Positions 40,236-49,754 of a stretch of DNA of 64,000 nt are shown piece after piece. The notes beneath the pieces were generated by a model. It saw only the letters and a list, made by a program, of their open reading frames with translations, made no database searches and had not been told where the DNA came from. A program made the position numbers and the translations under genes. The stretch's first letter is position 1, and each line of letters starts with the position of its first letter. Origin of the DNA: an uncultured Bacilli bacterium (lineage in GTDB: Bacteria > Bacillota_I > Bacilli_A > RF39 > UBA660). The stretch lies in the NCBI GenBank assembly GCA_947629235.1, contig CANRCX010000003.1, positions 9,069 to 73,068 on the forward strand, given 5' to 3'.

Positions 40236-40756
40236 ATATTATTACTATTAAAAATGGTATGTTAGAAGAAAATTGCTATATTGTACATAAAAATTCAAAA
40301 GCAATTATAATAGATCCAGGAAGTGAAGCAGAAAAAATTGTAAATGAAATAGAAAAAAATAAATTAAAAGTTGTTAAAATATTAATTACACATTATCATT
40401 TTGATCATATCGGAGCACTTAAAGATTTAAAAGAAAAATATAATGTAGAAGTTATTGATTATAAAAATAATGGAGTTATTAAATTTAATGATTTTGAATT
40501 TAAAATAATAAAAAATTATGGTCATACTCTTGATAGTGTTTCTTATTATTTTGAAAAAGAAAAAATAATGTTTAGTGGAGACTTTATATTTAGAGATACA
40601 ATTGGAAACTATGACATAGAAAATGAAGAAGTAATGATTGAAAGTCTTAAATCATTTATGAAGTTACCAAATGATATAAAGATTTATCCAGGTCATGGTA
40701 TATCTACAACTACAGATTATGAATTTAAAAACAATCCATATTTAAGAGGTATTTAA
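40229..40756 (+). CDS. MBL-fold metallo-hydrolase
   Basis: ITHYHFDHIG HxHxDH motif, GHTLDS, PGHG. Confidence 0.8.
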   Translation: MLNIITIKNGMLEENCYIVHKNSKAIIIDPGSEAEKIVNEIEKNKLKVVKILITHYHFDHIGALKDLKEKYNVEVIDYKNNGVIKFNDFEFKIIKNYGHTLDSVSYYFEKEKIMFSGDFIFRDTIGNYDIENEEVMIESLKSFMKLPNDIKIYPGHGISTTTDYEFKNNPYLRGI

Positions 40757-42912
40757 TGTTAGCAAGTGTTGTTATTGAATATTCAGTAAAATCACTAAAT
40801 AAAGTATTTGATTATATAATACCTAATGAATTAAAGAATATTATTAAAATAGGTCATAAAGTTATTGTTCCTTTTGCTTCAAAAGAAGTAGAGGGTTTTG
40901 TTTTAAATATACATAATAATAAAGATAATAATATTGAATATAGAAGTATTATTAAAATACAAGATAGTGATTTTTATTTAAATAGTGAATTACTCGAATT
41001 AGGTAAATATATGAGTAATTCTTTATTATGCAATTTAATAAGTTGTTATCAAATAATGCTTCCAAAAGCATTAAAAGCATCTATTAAAACTAATATAAAT
41101 AAAAAATATGAAATAAAGGTATCATTAAATAAAGAAGCAGATGTTGATAAATATATAGAAGAACATAAAAGAAGAGTAAAAGAAATAGAAATAATTAATT
41201 TATTAAAAGAAAAAGAATTATTAAAAAAAGATATATCTAGTCCTTCATTAAATAATTTAATTAAAGAAGGAATTGTTATTTTAAATAAATATGAAGTTAA
41301 TAGAGAAGTTTTTGTAGAAAAAGAGAATGATAAAACTATTAATTTAACAGAAGAACAAAGAAATGCAGTAAATGAAATATTAAAAAGTAAAGATAGTAAG
41401 TTTTTATTATATGGGGTTACTGGAAGTGGTAAAACTGAAGTATATATAGAACTTATTAGAAAATGTTTAATGAGTAATAAAACTGCTATTGTATTAGTAC
41501 CTGAAATATCATTAACACCACAAATAGTATCAAGATTTAAAAATGTATTTGGTGATAATGTAGCAGTGTTTCATAGTTCCCTAAGTGAAGGTGAAAAGTA
41601 TGATGAATATAGAAGAATTATGAAAGGTGAAGTATCTTTAGTAGTAGGTGCTAGAAGTGCAATATTTTCACCACTTAAAAATATTGGATTAATAATATTA
41701 GATGAATGTCAAAGTCAAACATATAAACAAGAAAGTACTCCTAAATATTCAGCAATAGATATTGCATATAAAAGAAGTGAATATAATCATGCAAAAGTAG
41801 TTTTAGGAAGTGCAACTCCTGCTTTAGAAGAATATGCAAGAGGTAAAAAAGGAGTTCTTCATTTAGTAGAATTAACTAAAAGAATTAGTGGTAAACTTCC
41901 TAATATTGAACTTGTTGATATGGAAATTGAAGCTAAAAAACATAATTATATAATTAGTGAAAAATTAGATATTGAAATTAATAAGGCTCTAGCTAGTAAA
42001 CATCAAGTAATTTTACTATTAAATAGGCGTGGTTACTCTACATTTTTATCATGTACTAATTGTGGTTATGTTTATAAATGTCCTAATTGTGATATATCTT
42101 TAATTTATCATAAGAGTAGTAACTCATATTCTTGTCATTATTGTGGATATAGATGTGAAAGGAATGATGTTTGTCCAAAATGTCATGAACAAGCAATTAA
42201 AGATTTAGGACTTGGTACTGAAAAATTAGAAAGTTTAATTGAGAAAAAATATAATACTAAAGTACTTAGAATGGATGCTGATACTACTAGTACTAAAAAT
42301 GCTCATCAAAAATTAATTAAAGAATTTAGTAGCGGAAATTATAATATTCTTGTTGGTACACAAATGATTTCAAAAGGATTAAATTTTGAAAATGTAAGTT
42401 TAGTTGGAATAATAAATCCAGATTCACTTCTTTCAATACCTGATTTTAGAAGTGCTGAAAGAACTTATGAATTATTAAGTCAAACATCTGGTAGAGTTGG
42501 AAGATTTGATCTTGATGGTAAAGTAATTATTCAAACATATAATAAAGATAATTATGTTTATAAGTGTGTTTTAAAAAATGACTTTAATTCATTCTTTAAT
42601 TATGAAATGAATATAAGAAAGAAATTAAAGTATCCACCTTACTATTATATTTGTAATATACTAGTAACTAGTAGTGAATTTAAAGTTGCAGGGGACTCTG
42701 CTAATAAAGTAAAAAAATTCTTAGATAGTAAATTAGATAGTGAATATATTGTAATTGGACCTAGTGTATCTAATATAGTAAAACTTAATAATAAATATAG
42801 ATTTAATATTATGATAAAATATAAAAATAAAGATAATTTATATAAAGTTTTAAATGAACTTAATAATATAGTTATTAAAAATGTAAATATTGATATTAAC
42901 ATAAATATTTAA
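40756..42912 (+). CDS. priA: primosomal replication restart helicase PriA
   Basis: LLYGVTGSGKTEVY, ILDECQ (DExx), Cys-rich insert CTNCG..CPNC..CHYCG..CPKC, GTQMISKGLNF. Confidence 0.95.
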   Translation: MLASVVIEYSVKSLNKVFDYIIPNELKNIIKIGHKVIVPFASKEVEGFVLNIHNNKDNNIEYRSIIKIQDSDFYLNSELLELGKYMSNSLLCNLISCYQIMLPKALKASIKTNINKKYEIKVSLNKEADVDKYIEEHKRRVKEIEIINLLKEKELLKKDISSPSLNNLIKEGIVILNKYEVNREVFVEKENDKTINLTEEQRNAVNEILKSKDSKFLLYGVTGSGKTEVYIELIRKCLMSNKTAIVLVPEISLTPQIVSRFKNVFGDNVAVFHSSLSEGEKYDEYRRIMKGEVSLVVGARSAIFSPLKNIGLIILDECQSQTYKQESTPKYSAIDIAYKRSEYNHAKVVLGSATPALEEYARGKKGVLHLVELTKRISGKLPNIELVDMEIEAKKHNYIISEKLDIEINKALASKHQVILLLNRRGYSTFLSCTNCGYVYKCPNCDISLIYHKSSNSYSCHYCGYRCERNDVCPKCHEQAIKDLGLGTEKLESLIEKKYNTKVLRMDADTTSTKNAHQKLIKEFSSGNYNILVGTQMISKGLNFENVSLVGIINPDSLLSIPDFRSAERTYELLSQTSGRVGRFDLDGKVIIQTYNKDNYVYKCVLKNDFNSFFNYEMNIRKKLKYPPYYYICNILVTSSEFKVAGDSANKVKKFLDSKLDSEYIVIGPSVSNIVKLNNKYRFNIMIKYKNKDNLYKVLNELNNIVIKNVNIDININI

Positions 42913-42934
42913 TATAATTTAGGTGGTGGTTAAA

Positions 42935-43867
42935 ATGAAAGATAAAAGAGTAGTATTTATGGGGACACCAGAATTTAGTATTCCTGTATTAGAAATGTTA
43001 ATTAAGGAAACTAATGTTGTCTTAGTAGTGACACAAAAAGATGCTAAAGTTGGAAGACGCCAAGAACTTAGAATGTCACCTATTAAAGAAGTGGCATTAA
43101 AAAATAATATTGAAGTATTTACTCCTGATAAAATAAGAGAAGATTATAATAGAATTTTAGAAGTAAAGCCAGATATTATTATAACTTGTGCTTATGGACA
43201 AATAATACCAAAAATATTACTTGAAACACCAAAGTATAAAGCTATTAATGTTCATGCATCACTTCTTCCTAAATTAAGAGGTGGAAGTCCACTTCATAAA
43301 TGCTTAATTGATGGTTATAGTGAAACTGGGGTAACAATTATGTATATGGCAGAAGGAATGGATGATGGAGATATTATCAAACAAAGAAGTATTAAAATAT
43401 TAGATAGTGATAATGTAGGAAGTATTCATGATAAATTAAGTATAATTGGAAGAGATTTATTATTAGAAGTATTACCAAGTATATTTAGTGAAACTAATGA
43501 TAGAATTAAACAAGATGAGAGTGAAGTAACTTTTGCATATAACATTAAAAGAGAAGAAGAAAAACTAGATTTTAATAAAACAGCAAGAGAAGTATTTAAT
43601 CAAATAAGAGGAATGTATCCATATCCTGTTAGTTATATGACATTAAATCAAGAAGAAATTAAAGTATGTGAAAGTAAAATAGGTGAAAGTACTAAAGGAG
43701 ATGCTGGAACTATTACTAATTTATATAGTGATGGTATTGGTATAAAATGTAGTGATAAAGAAATAATAATAACTAGATTAAAACCTAGTGGTAAAAAAGA
43801 AATGTCAGCAAAAGATTATTTAAATGGAAAAAAGAATGTTAATTTAATTGGGGTTAAAGTATGTTAA
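42935..43867 (+). CDS. fmt: methionyl-tRNA formyltransferase
   Basis: VVFMGTPEFSIPVL, NVHASLLPKLRGGSPL. ATG 42935 follows AGGTGGTGG Shine-Dalgarno; the ORF track start at 42923 is a GTG inside that Shine-Dalgarno. Confidence 0.93.
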   Translation: MKDKRVVFMGTPEFSIPVLEMLIKETNVVLVVTQKDAKVGRRQELRMSPIKEVALKNNIEVFTPDKIREDYNRILEVKPDIIITCAYGQIIPKILLETPKYKAINVHASLLPKLRGGSPLHKCLIDGYSETGVTIMYMAEGMDDGDIIKQRSIKILDSDNVGSIHDKLSIIGRDLLLEVLPSIFSETNDRIKQDESEVTFAYNIKREEEKLDFNKTAREVFNQIRGMYPYPVSYMTLNQEEIKVCESKIGESTKGDAGTITNLYSDGIGIKCSDKEIIITRLKPSGKKEMSAKDYLNGKKNVNLIGVKVC

Positions 43868-44586
43868 AAGATGCAAAAAAAATAAAAAAATTTTATAAAG
43901 AAAATAAAAAATTAATATATTTTGGTTTATTTTTCATAATTATTATATTTGTATTATTAGTATCTCCTAATGATAGTAATAATAATAAAATAAAACATTA
44001 TGTTTCTAAAGATAATATGGTTGAATTATTTAATAAAATAAATAATAATTATAGTCTTACTATTGAAGAAAATATTAATGGAGATTTAAAAACTTTAGAA
44101 TATTCAAATGATTCAAAAATTATATTATATGAAGGAAGTAAAACTGATAATAATGGATATTTACTATATAATAATAATTTATATTTATTAAATTCTGATA
44201 ATGCAAAATTAACAAAAGTAAAAAATATACCAAGTTTTGTAAATGATAGATTGTATGATTTAAATTTACTTAAAAAAGTAATTCCTTATTGTGAATTTGA
44301 TTATATAAATGAAGTAAAAGCTAATTGTAAAATGAATTTAAGTAGTTATATTAATGAATATAATCAATTATATAATGAAAATATTAGTGTAGAAGAAGAT
44401 AAAGAAATTATTTTTGAAATAATACACTATAGTTATAGAATAGGTAAAATTAATGTTGATTATACACCTATAAATAAATTAATAAATAATAATGATGATA
44501 ATGTATTTTATGGTATTAAAATATATAATATAGATTCAAATGATTTTAGTGAAATCTTAGAACATTACAAAGACATTCTAAAGTAA
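43861..44586 (+). CDS. hypothetical membrane-anchored protein
   Basis: One N-terminal TM segment; overlaps the fmt stop. Confidence 0.5.
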   Translation: MLKDAKKIKKFYKENKKLIYFGLFFIIIIFVLLVSPNDSNNNKIKHYVSKDNMVELFNKINNNYSLTIEENINGDLKTLEYSNDSKIILYEGSKTDNNGYLLYNNNLYLLNSDNAKLTKVKNIPSFVNDRLYDLNLLKKVIPYCEFDYINEVKANCKMNLSSYINEYNQLYNENISVEEDKEIIFEIIHYSYRIGKINVDYTPINKLINNNDDNVFYGIKIYNIDSNDFSEILEHYKDILK

Positions 44587-44752
44587 AAATATATCTAGTT
44601 TTGTCGAACTTGATGAAATAAATATTAATATGTTTTATTATTAATTTATGGAGGTGTTATAGTAAAAGATATTAATAAAAGTTTTAAAGAATTATATGAA
44701 GAAGTAAGTTTATGTATTTTAAATTATGAGAGTGGGATATAAAACCATTCTA

Positions 44753-44781
44753 AAAAAATAAAGCCATTATGGCTTTTTTTA
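44753..44781. terminator. bidirectional intrinsic terminator
   Basis: AAAGCCA tta TGGCTTT flanked by A7 and T7. Confidence 0.65.
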
Positions 44782-44815
44782 ATAAAATAAACACTATGTG
44801 TTTTTAAAATAAATC

Positions 44816-45085
44816 TCAATGAGATCCTGTTTCAATTAATACTATAATTAATTTATCATTAAAATATTGATATACAAGTAACCAATCAGGTTCAATATGA
44901 CATTCGTAACAATTTTTAAATTTTTTACTATTCTGTAAAATATGATTTTTGTACTTTATATCTAAATTATCACCATTTATAAGCTTATTAATTATTTTAT
45001 CTAACTTATTGAGATCCTTTCCTTGTTTTTTTATTTTTTTATATTGTTGTTTAAATTTTGATGTATAACTAACTTTATATTTCAT
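44816..45085 (-). CDS. yafQ: type II toxin, YafQ/RelE-family mRNA interferase
   Basis: FKQQYKKIKKQGKDL...HILQNSKKFKNCYECHIEPDWLLVYQY...IVLIETGSH matches the YafQ pattern (HPL.G....R..HI.PDWLLIY......L.L.RTGTH). Confidence 0.8.
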   Translation of the reverse strand: MKYKVSYTSKFKQQYKKIKKQGKDLNKLDKIINKLINGDNLDIKYKNHILQNSKKFKNCYECHIEPDWLLVYQYFNDKLIIVLIETGSH

Positions 45086-45373
45086 TTATTTATCTAAATC
45101 TTCAAACAATTCTTTTGTATTATCATACCATTTATAATTTTGAGGATTCTTTGACATCTTTTTTGCTTCTTTTAATGCACTTAATAAATCTTTATTTGAT
45201 GTATCTTCTCTAATTTCAAATGGTATTGCTTGTTCTCTTACACTTTGAGATAAAAATACATTAATAGCACTACTCATATTTAAACCTAATCTTTTAAATA
45301 ATTCATCAGCTTCTTTTTTTAATTTACTATCAACTCTAATATTTAGATTAGTTGAACTAGATATATTTTCCAT
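45086..45373 (-). CDS. dinJ: type II antitoxin, RelB/DinJ family
   Basis: LNIRVDSKLKKEADELFKRLGLNMSSAINVFLSQSVREQAIPFEI ribbon-helix-helix DinJ signature; abuts the toxin gene. Confidence 0.8.
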   Translation of the reverse strand: MENISSSTNLNIRVDSKLKKEADELFKRLGLNMSSAINVFLSQSVREQAIPFEIREDTSNKDLLSALKEAKKMSKNPQNYKWYDNTKELFEDLDK

Positions 45374-45418
45374 TTTTATTCTCCTTTGTTTATATAATTA
45401 TATAAAAATATATATTTA

Positions 45419-45449
45419 ATTGTCAATACATTCTTATCACATTGTCAAT
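45419..45449 (-). promoter_or_regulatory. two copies of ATTGnCAAT inverted repeat (candidate DinJ-YafQ operator) overlapping minus-strand TTGACA boxes
   Basis: ATTGTCAAT at 45419..45427 and 45441..45449, 22 nt apart, upstream of dinJ. On the minus strand the proximal TTGACA lies 18 nt from a TATAAT. Confidence 0.4.
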
Positions 45450-45505
45450 AATATTATATGCAAATTAATAATTTTTAATATAAAATTATAAATTTACTAA
45501 CTAAT

Positions 45506-45534
45506 TTGACAAAATCATATAAATGTAATAAAAT
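45506..45534 (+). promoter_or_regulatory. gpsB promoter (TTGACA-17-TAAAAT)
   Basis: TTGACA 45506..45511, TAAAAT 45529..45534. The TTG that the ORF track uses as a start is the -35 box. Confidence 0.6.
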
Positions 45535-45559
45535 TATCGTGGAAGAGAGGCTAAAAAAG

Positions 45560-45877
45560 ATGTATGAAGACAAAAGAATGTTAACTGCTAAGGAGATACT
45601 AGAAAAGGATTTTAAGGTTGATGCTAGGGGATATAGACCACAAGAAGTGGATCAATTTCTTGATATAGTAATTAAAGATTATGTAACTAGTGAAAATAAT
45701 GAAAAAAAATTAATAAATGAAATTAGAGCATTAGAAAATGATAATGCTAAATTAAAATCTGAAATTAGAAAGCTTAAAGCATCTTTAGATATAGCTGGCT
45801 CTAACAAAGGAATTACTAATGTTGACTTATTAAAACGAATTAGTGATTTAGAAAAAGTAGTATATGGAGAAGAATAA
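45560..45877 (+). CDS. gpsB: cell-cycle protein GpsB (DivIVA-domain)
   Basis: LTAKEILEKDFKVDARGYRPQEVDQFLDIVIKDY and C-terminal DLLKRISDLEKVVYG parallel B. subtilis GpsB. ATG 45560 follows GGAAGAGAGG. Confidence 0.88.
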   Translation: MYEDKRMLTAKEILEKDFKVDARGYRPQEVDQFLDIVIKDYVTSENNEKKLINEIRALENDNAKLKSEIRKLKASLDIAGSNKGITNVDLLKRISDLEKVVYGEE

Positions 45878-46222
45878 TTCTTTAGACAAACGCTGCATAT
45901 AATGTAGAGGAAAGTCCATGCTCACTCATTCTGGAATGAATGGTAATGTTCGTGCTAAGGGAAAAAATAACCTTAGGTAATATAGAAATATATTAACGGC
46001 TTTGAAATAATCAAGACCTGATTAGAGTAAATATAAAAGTGCCATAGAGACGATAATTATTAGGAATAATAATGGTGGAACGAGGTAAACCCCACGAGTG
46101 AGAAACCTAAATTTGGTAAGGGAACTCTTACGAATGAATAATAAAGGAGTAAGGGAAAGAGAAATCTTTAGATAAATGTTTGTCGCCCATTTATGGGTAC
46201 AGAACATGGCTTATTAAGAATT
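45878..46222 (+). ncRNA. rnpB: RNase P RNA, bacterial type B
   Basis: GAGGAAAGTCCATGCTC at 45907, GGTGGAACGAGGTAAACCCCACGAGTGAGAAACCTAAATTTGGTAAGGGAAC, and 3' ACAGAACATGGCTTATTAAGAA all parallel B. subtilis rnpB. It lies directly downstream of gpsB, as in B. subtilis. Ends are approximate, within about 5 nt. Confidence 0.9.
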
Positions 46223-46242
46223 ATTATTAATATAGGAGAACA

Positions 46243-46746
46243 ATGAAAGAAATAGGACAAAGTTTTAAAGAAGCAAGAGAGACAATTGGTATTTCTAAAA
46301 GTGAAGTAATTAAAGACTTAAATATAACAGAAAGTCAGTTAGATAATTTAGAAGATGGAAATATAAATGCATTTAAAGATATATTTTTTTTAAAAGAAAC
46401 AATAAAAAAATATTCTAAATATTTAAATCTTGATGAAGATGACATTATGGATAAGTTTAATGATTTCATGTTTGGTTATACTTCAAGAATACCAATTGAA
46501 GATATTTTAGAGCAAACAAAAGAAATAAAAATATTAGAAAAACAAAATGAAGTTAATAGAGTAGTATCACCATATACAATTAAAAGAAAGAAAAATAATA
46601 ATGTAAAATATATTATTATTTATTTATTATCAGTAGTAGTTTTAATTGTTTTAGTTATACTTATTGTTAAATTTATAACAGATAAACAAATAGAGAAAAA
46701 ACAACTTGTTAATAATTTTTATGAGGTAATTGAAAAGGAGTATTAG
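46243..46746 (+). CDS. rodZ: RodZ-like helix-turn-helix membrane protein (short form)
   Basis: N-terminal HTH IGQSFKEARETIGISKSEVIKDLNI, single TM segment; positioned directly upstream of pgsA like B. subtilis ymfM/rodZ. Confidence 0.6.
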   Translation: MKEIGQSFKEARETIGISKSEVIKDLNITESQLDNLEDGNINAFKDIFFLKETIKKYSKYLNLDEDDIMDKFNDFMFGYTSRIPIEDILEQTKEIKILEKQNEVNRVVSPYTIKRKKNNNVKYIIIYLLSVVVLIVLVILIVKFITDKQIEKKQLVNNFYEVIEKEY

Positions 46747-46747
46747 T

Positions 46748-47338
46748 ATGAATGTACCAAATAGAATAACAATTTGTAGAATAATTTTAGCAGTAATATT
46801 ACTTATTTTAATGACATTTCCATTAAATAGAATAGGATTTGATTTTCCTGAAATTATGATTAATCAAGAATTTATAATAGATAGTAAATATTTAATATGT
46901 GGAGTTATATTTTTAATAGCTGCAGTTACTGATTTCTTAGATGGATTTTTAGCAAGAAAATATAATTTAGTTACTGACTTTGGTAAAGTGACTGATGCAA
47001 TTGCTGATAAAGTACTTGTAAATGGAGTATTAGTAGTACTTGCATGTGAAGGATATATTAGTGTTATTATTCCAGTAGTAATTGTATCAAGAGATATGTT
47101 TGTTGATTCAATTAAGATGATAGCTGGACAAAAAAATGAAGTAGTTGCTGCATCAAAAACTGGTAAAGCAAAAACAGTATTTATGTTAGTTGGTATTACA
47201 TTAATATTATTTTATAATTTACCATTTTCATTATTTGGAGTATATCCAGCAAGAGTACTCATCATGATAGCAACAGTATTATCAATACTTAGTGCAATAG
47301 AGTATTATACTAAGAATAAAAAGTATTTAACTAAATAA
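46748..47338 (+). CDS. pgsA: CDP-diacylglycerol--glycerol-3-phosphate 3-phosphatidyltransferase
   Basis: MNVPNRITICRI start, DFLDGFLARKYNLVTDFGKVTDAIADK CDP-alcohol phosphatidyltransferase motif, AAGGAG Shine-Dalgarno. Confidence 0.92.
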   Translation: MNVPNRITICRIILAVILLILMTFPLNRIGFDFPEIMINQEFIIDSKYLICGVIFLIAAVTDFLDGFLARKYNLVTDFGKVTDAIADKVLVNGVLVVLACEGYISVIIPVVIVSRDMFVDSIKMIAGQKNEVVAASKTGKAKTVFMLVGITLILFYNLPFSLFGVYPARVLIMIATVLSILSAIEYYTKNKKYLTK

Positions 47339-47364
47339 CAAATTTAATGTTTGTTATTTTTTTT
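47336..47364 (+). terminator. intrinsic terminator of pgsA
   Basis: TAACAAA tttaatg TTTGTTA followed by T8. Confidence 0.6.
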
Positions 47365-47484
47365 AATTTAATTAACTTTTTAATTTTGAATAATATATTT
47401 TAATATAAAATTTAATTTTGAAGTACTAGTTTTTACTTAAAATTTTCTTTTAAAAAGGGTATTTTATTAATAATTGAATTTTAA

Positions 47485-47500
47485 ACAAACAAAAGTTTGT
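47485..47500. promoter_or_regulatory. perfect 6-4-6 palindrome ACAAAC-AAAA-GTTTGT, possible divergent LexA (Cheo-like) box
   Basis: Lies 10 nt upstream of the recA -35 box. It resembles the GAAC-N4-GTTC core with AAAC/GTTT half-sites. Confidence 0.3.
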
Positions 47501-47509
47501 AAAAAGTTA

Positions 47510-47538
47510 TTGACAAAGAATTTTTTTTAGTTTAAAAT
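47510..47538 (+). promoter_or_regulatory. recA promoter (TTGACA-17-TAAAAT)
   Basis: TTGACA 47510..47515, TAAAAT 47533..47538. Confidence 0.6.
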
Positions 47539-47563
47539 TAAAAATGTTAGAAGGAGAATACTT

Positions 47564-48595
47564 ATGAAAAAAGAAAAAGATAAAACTTTAGATCAAGTAC
47601 TTGCCGATATTGAAAAACAATTTGGTAAGGGTGCTATTATGAAATTAGGAGAAAAAGGAGTTAAAAATATAGATGTAGTATCAAGTGGTTCAATTGCACT
47701 TGATCAAGCACTTGGTGTAGGTGGTTATCCAAAAGGAAGAATTATTGAAATATTTGGTCCTGAATCAAGTGGTAAAACAACTCTTGCATTACATGCAATT
47801 GCTGAAGTACAAAAAACTGGTGGAAGAGCTGCTTTTATAGATGCAGAGCATGCATTAGATCCAGTATATGCTAAAAAACTAGGAGTTGATACTGATGAAC
47901 TTTTATTAAGCCAACCAGATACTGGAGAACAAGCATTAGAAATAGTTGAAGCATTAGTTAGAAGTGAAGCTATGAGTATTATAGTAATAGATTCAGTTGC
48001 AGCACTAGTACCACAAGCTGAAATTGAAGGTGAAATGGGAGATTCTCATGTTGGACTTCAAGCAAGATTAATGAGTCAAGCATTAAGAAAATTAAGTGGT
48101 ATTATAAATAAAACAAATACTATATGTATATTTATAAATCAATTAAGAGAAAAAGTTGGAATTATGTTTGGTAATCCTGAAACAACACCTGGTGGAAGAG
48201 CACTAAAGTTTTATTCAACAGTAAGATTAGATGTAAGACGTGGTGAACAAATTAAAGTAAATGGAGATGTTATTGGAAATAAAACTATTGTTAAAGTAGT
48301 TAAAAATAAAGTAGCTCCACCATTTAAAACAGCTGAACTTGAAATTATGTATGGAGAAGGAATATCTAAATCTGGTGAAGTTATTGATATTGCGTCTAAT
48401 TTAGGAATTATTGATAAGAGTGGTGCTTGGTTTAGTTATAAAGGAGAAAAAATAGGTCAAGGAAAAGAAAATGTAAAACTTGTATTTAAAAATAATCCAG
48501 CCTTATATAAAGAAATAGAAGATAAAGTTAGAAATGATTTATTTACTTTAGATACTAAAGAAGACAAAAAAGAAGAACCAAAAGAAGAAAAATAA
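47564..48595 (+). CDS. recA: recombinase RecA
   Basis: [47 protein letters not shown]. Confidence 0.98.
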   Translation: MKKEKDKTLDQVLADIEKQFGKGAIMKLGEKGVKNIDVVSSGSIALDQALGVGGYPKGRIIEIFGPESSGKTTLALHAIAEVQKTGGRAAFIDAEHALDPVYAKKLGVDTDELLLSQPDTGEQALEIVEALVRSEAMSIIVIDSVAALVPQAEIEGEMGDSHVGLQARLMSQALRKLSGIINKTNTICIFINQLREKVGIMFGNPETTPGGRALKFYSTVRLDVRRGEQIKVNGDVIGNKTIVKVVKNKVAPPFKTAELEIMYGEGISKSGEVIDIASNLGIIDKSGAWFSYKGEKIGQGKENVKLVFKNNPALYKEIEDKVRNDLFTLDTKEDKKEEPKEEK

Positions 48596-48606
48596 TTAAA
48601 AAATAT

Positions 48607-48639
48607 GTCAGAATTTGAATAATAAATTTTGACTTTTTA
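48607..48639 (+). terminator. intrinsic terminator of recA
   Basis: GTCAGAATTT / AAATTTTGAC 10-bp stem (one G-U) followed by T5. Confidence 0.6.
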
Positions 48640-48687
48640 ATTTAAAAATATATAAATATTTGATACAATAGATATGGTGAAGAATAA

Positions 48688-49638
48688 ATGGTTGTTAAAA
48701 AATTTAATTATGTTAGATTTATTAGTGTTATAGTAGGATTAATAGCTATTTTAGGGGTTATAATATTTGGAATAGTATCTTTAGTAAAACATATTAATTA
48801 TACTAAAACATATGATTATAAATTAGAGCAAATAGGATATAATGAAAGTGAAATTAAAGTAATTAAAAGTAAATTAAAAGATGAATATATTGATAAAATA
48901 TTAAAGCAAAAATATAATAGTGAATTATCTGAACTTTTAAAAGAAAAATATTTTATATTTGATAATATGGATAAATATATTGAATATAAAAAAGAAAATG
49001 ACGATGATGATTATACTAAAGTGATAGCTATTATAAATAGTGAAGCTAATATTGAATGGATGGATAATGAAAGAGACGCAGATATATCTAAAAATGAATT
49101 AATGCTTGTAAATAGAATATATGGTCTTAGTAAAGATTATGAACCAGAAGATATTATAGATGTTCCATCTAAATATGCATATAGTGGTAAAAAAATAAGT
49201 GAAAGTATAATGGAAGATATTATATCTTTAATATCTGCTGGAAAAGAAGCAGGATATACATTTGTAGTATCTGATGGATATAGATCATATAGTGAACAAG
49301 AAAAAATATATAATAGTTATGTTAGTAGTTATGGACAAAGTGAAGCTGATGAAATAGTGGCTCGTCCAGGACATTCTGAATATCAAACAGGCTTATCTTT
49401 TGATTTAATGCCATATAATAAAGTTTATGAAGATCCTAAAATAAGTGAAGAGTATTTATGGCTTAAAGATAATGCTTATAAATATGGCTTTATATTTAGA
49501 TATGAAACTGGTAAAGAAGATTTAACAGGCTTTAAAGCATCTACTTGGAGACTTAGATATGTAGGTGTAAGTGCTGCAACTCTTATATATAATGAAAATA
49601 TAACATTTGAAGAATATTATGCATATTTTGTTAAATAA
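48688..49638 (+). CDS. M15B D-alanyl-D-alanine carboxypeptidase (VanY family), membrane-anchored
   Basis: SDGYRSYSEQEKIY, ARPGHSEYQTGLSFD, WRLRYVG motifs; N-terminal TM segment. Confidence 0.85.
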   Translation: MVVKKFNYVRFISVIVGLIAILGVIIFGIVSLVKHINYTKTYDYKLEQIGYNESEIKVIKSKLKDEYIDKILKQKYNSELSELLKEKYFIFDNMDKYIEYKKENDDDDYTKVIAIINSEANIEWMDNERDADISKNELMLVNRIYGLSKDYEPEDIIDVPSKYAYSGKKISESIMEDIISLISAGKEAGYTFVVSDGYRSYSEQEKIYNSYVSSYGQSEADEIVARPGHSEYQTGLSFDLMPYNKVYEDPKISEEYLWLKDNAYKYGFIFRYETGKEDLTGFKASTWRLRYVGVSAATLIYNENITFEEYYAYFVK

Positions 49639-49641
49639 TTG

Positions 49642-49667
49642 AAAATGAGTAATTCTCATTTTTTTTG
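49642..49667 (+). terminator. intrinsic terminator
   Basis: AAAATGAG taatt CTCATTTT followed by a T-run. Confidence 0.6.
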
Positions 49668-49689
49668 TTCATAACTAATTTTATTTTTC

Positions 49690-49718
49690 TTGTAAAAGAA
49701 AAATACTTAGTTTATAAT
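49690..49718 (+). promoter_or_regulatory. promoter (TTGTAA-17-TATAAT) of the giant gene
   Basis: TTGTAA 49690..49695, TATAAT 49713..49718. Confidence 0.5.
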
Positions 49719-49754
49719 TATATTAAAGATAGAGACATGTTTGGTGGTGTTGTA

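Noticed and set aside
44650-44742. Strong GGAGG followed by a 27-codon open frame (IVKDINKSFKELYEEVSLCILNYESGI)
   Set aside because: There is no ATG, GTG or TTG at a suitable distance; the nearest in-frame codons are ATA and GTA. It may be a gene remnant or chance, and I cannot support a CDS.
45506-45559. TTG start extending gpsB by 18 codons
   Set aside because: The TTG is the first base of a TTGACA-17-TAAAAT promoter. ATG 45560 has a Shine-Dalgarno and gives a GpsB-length protein.
46022-46207. 61-aa minus-strand ORF
   Set aside because: It lies entirely inside the RNase P RNA gene (rnpB), has no Shine-Dalgarno and has a hydrophobic junk composition. It is an artefact of the structured RNA.
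49665-49754. N-terminal 30 codons of the giant ORF as given in the track
   Set aside because: This stretch contains the terminator T-run of the vanY gene and the TTGTAA-17-TATAAT promoter. ATG 49755 has a GGTGGTG Shine-Dalgarno.
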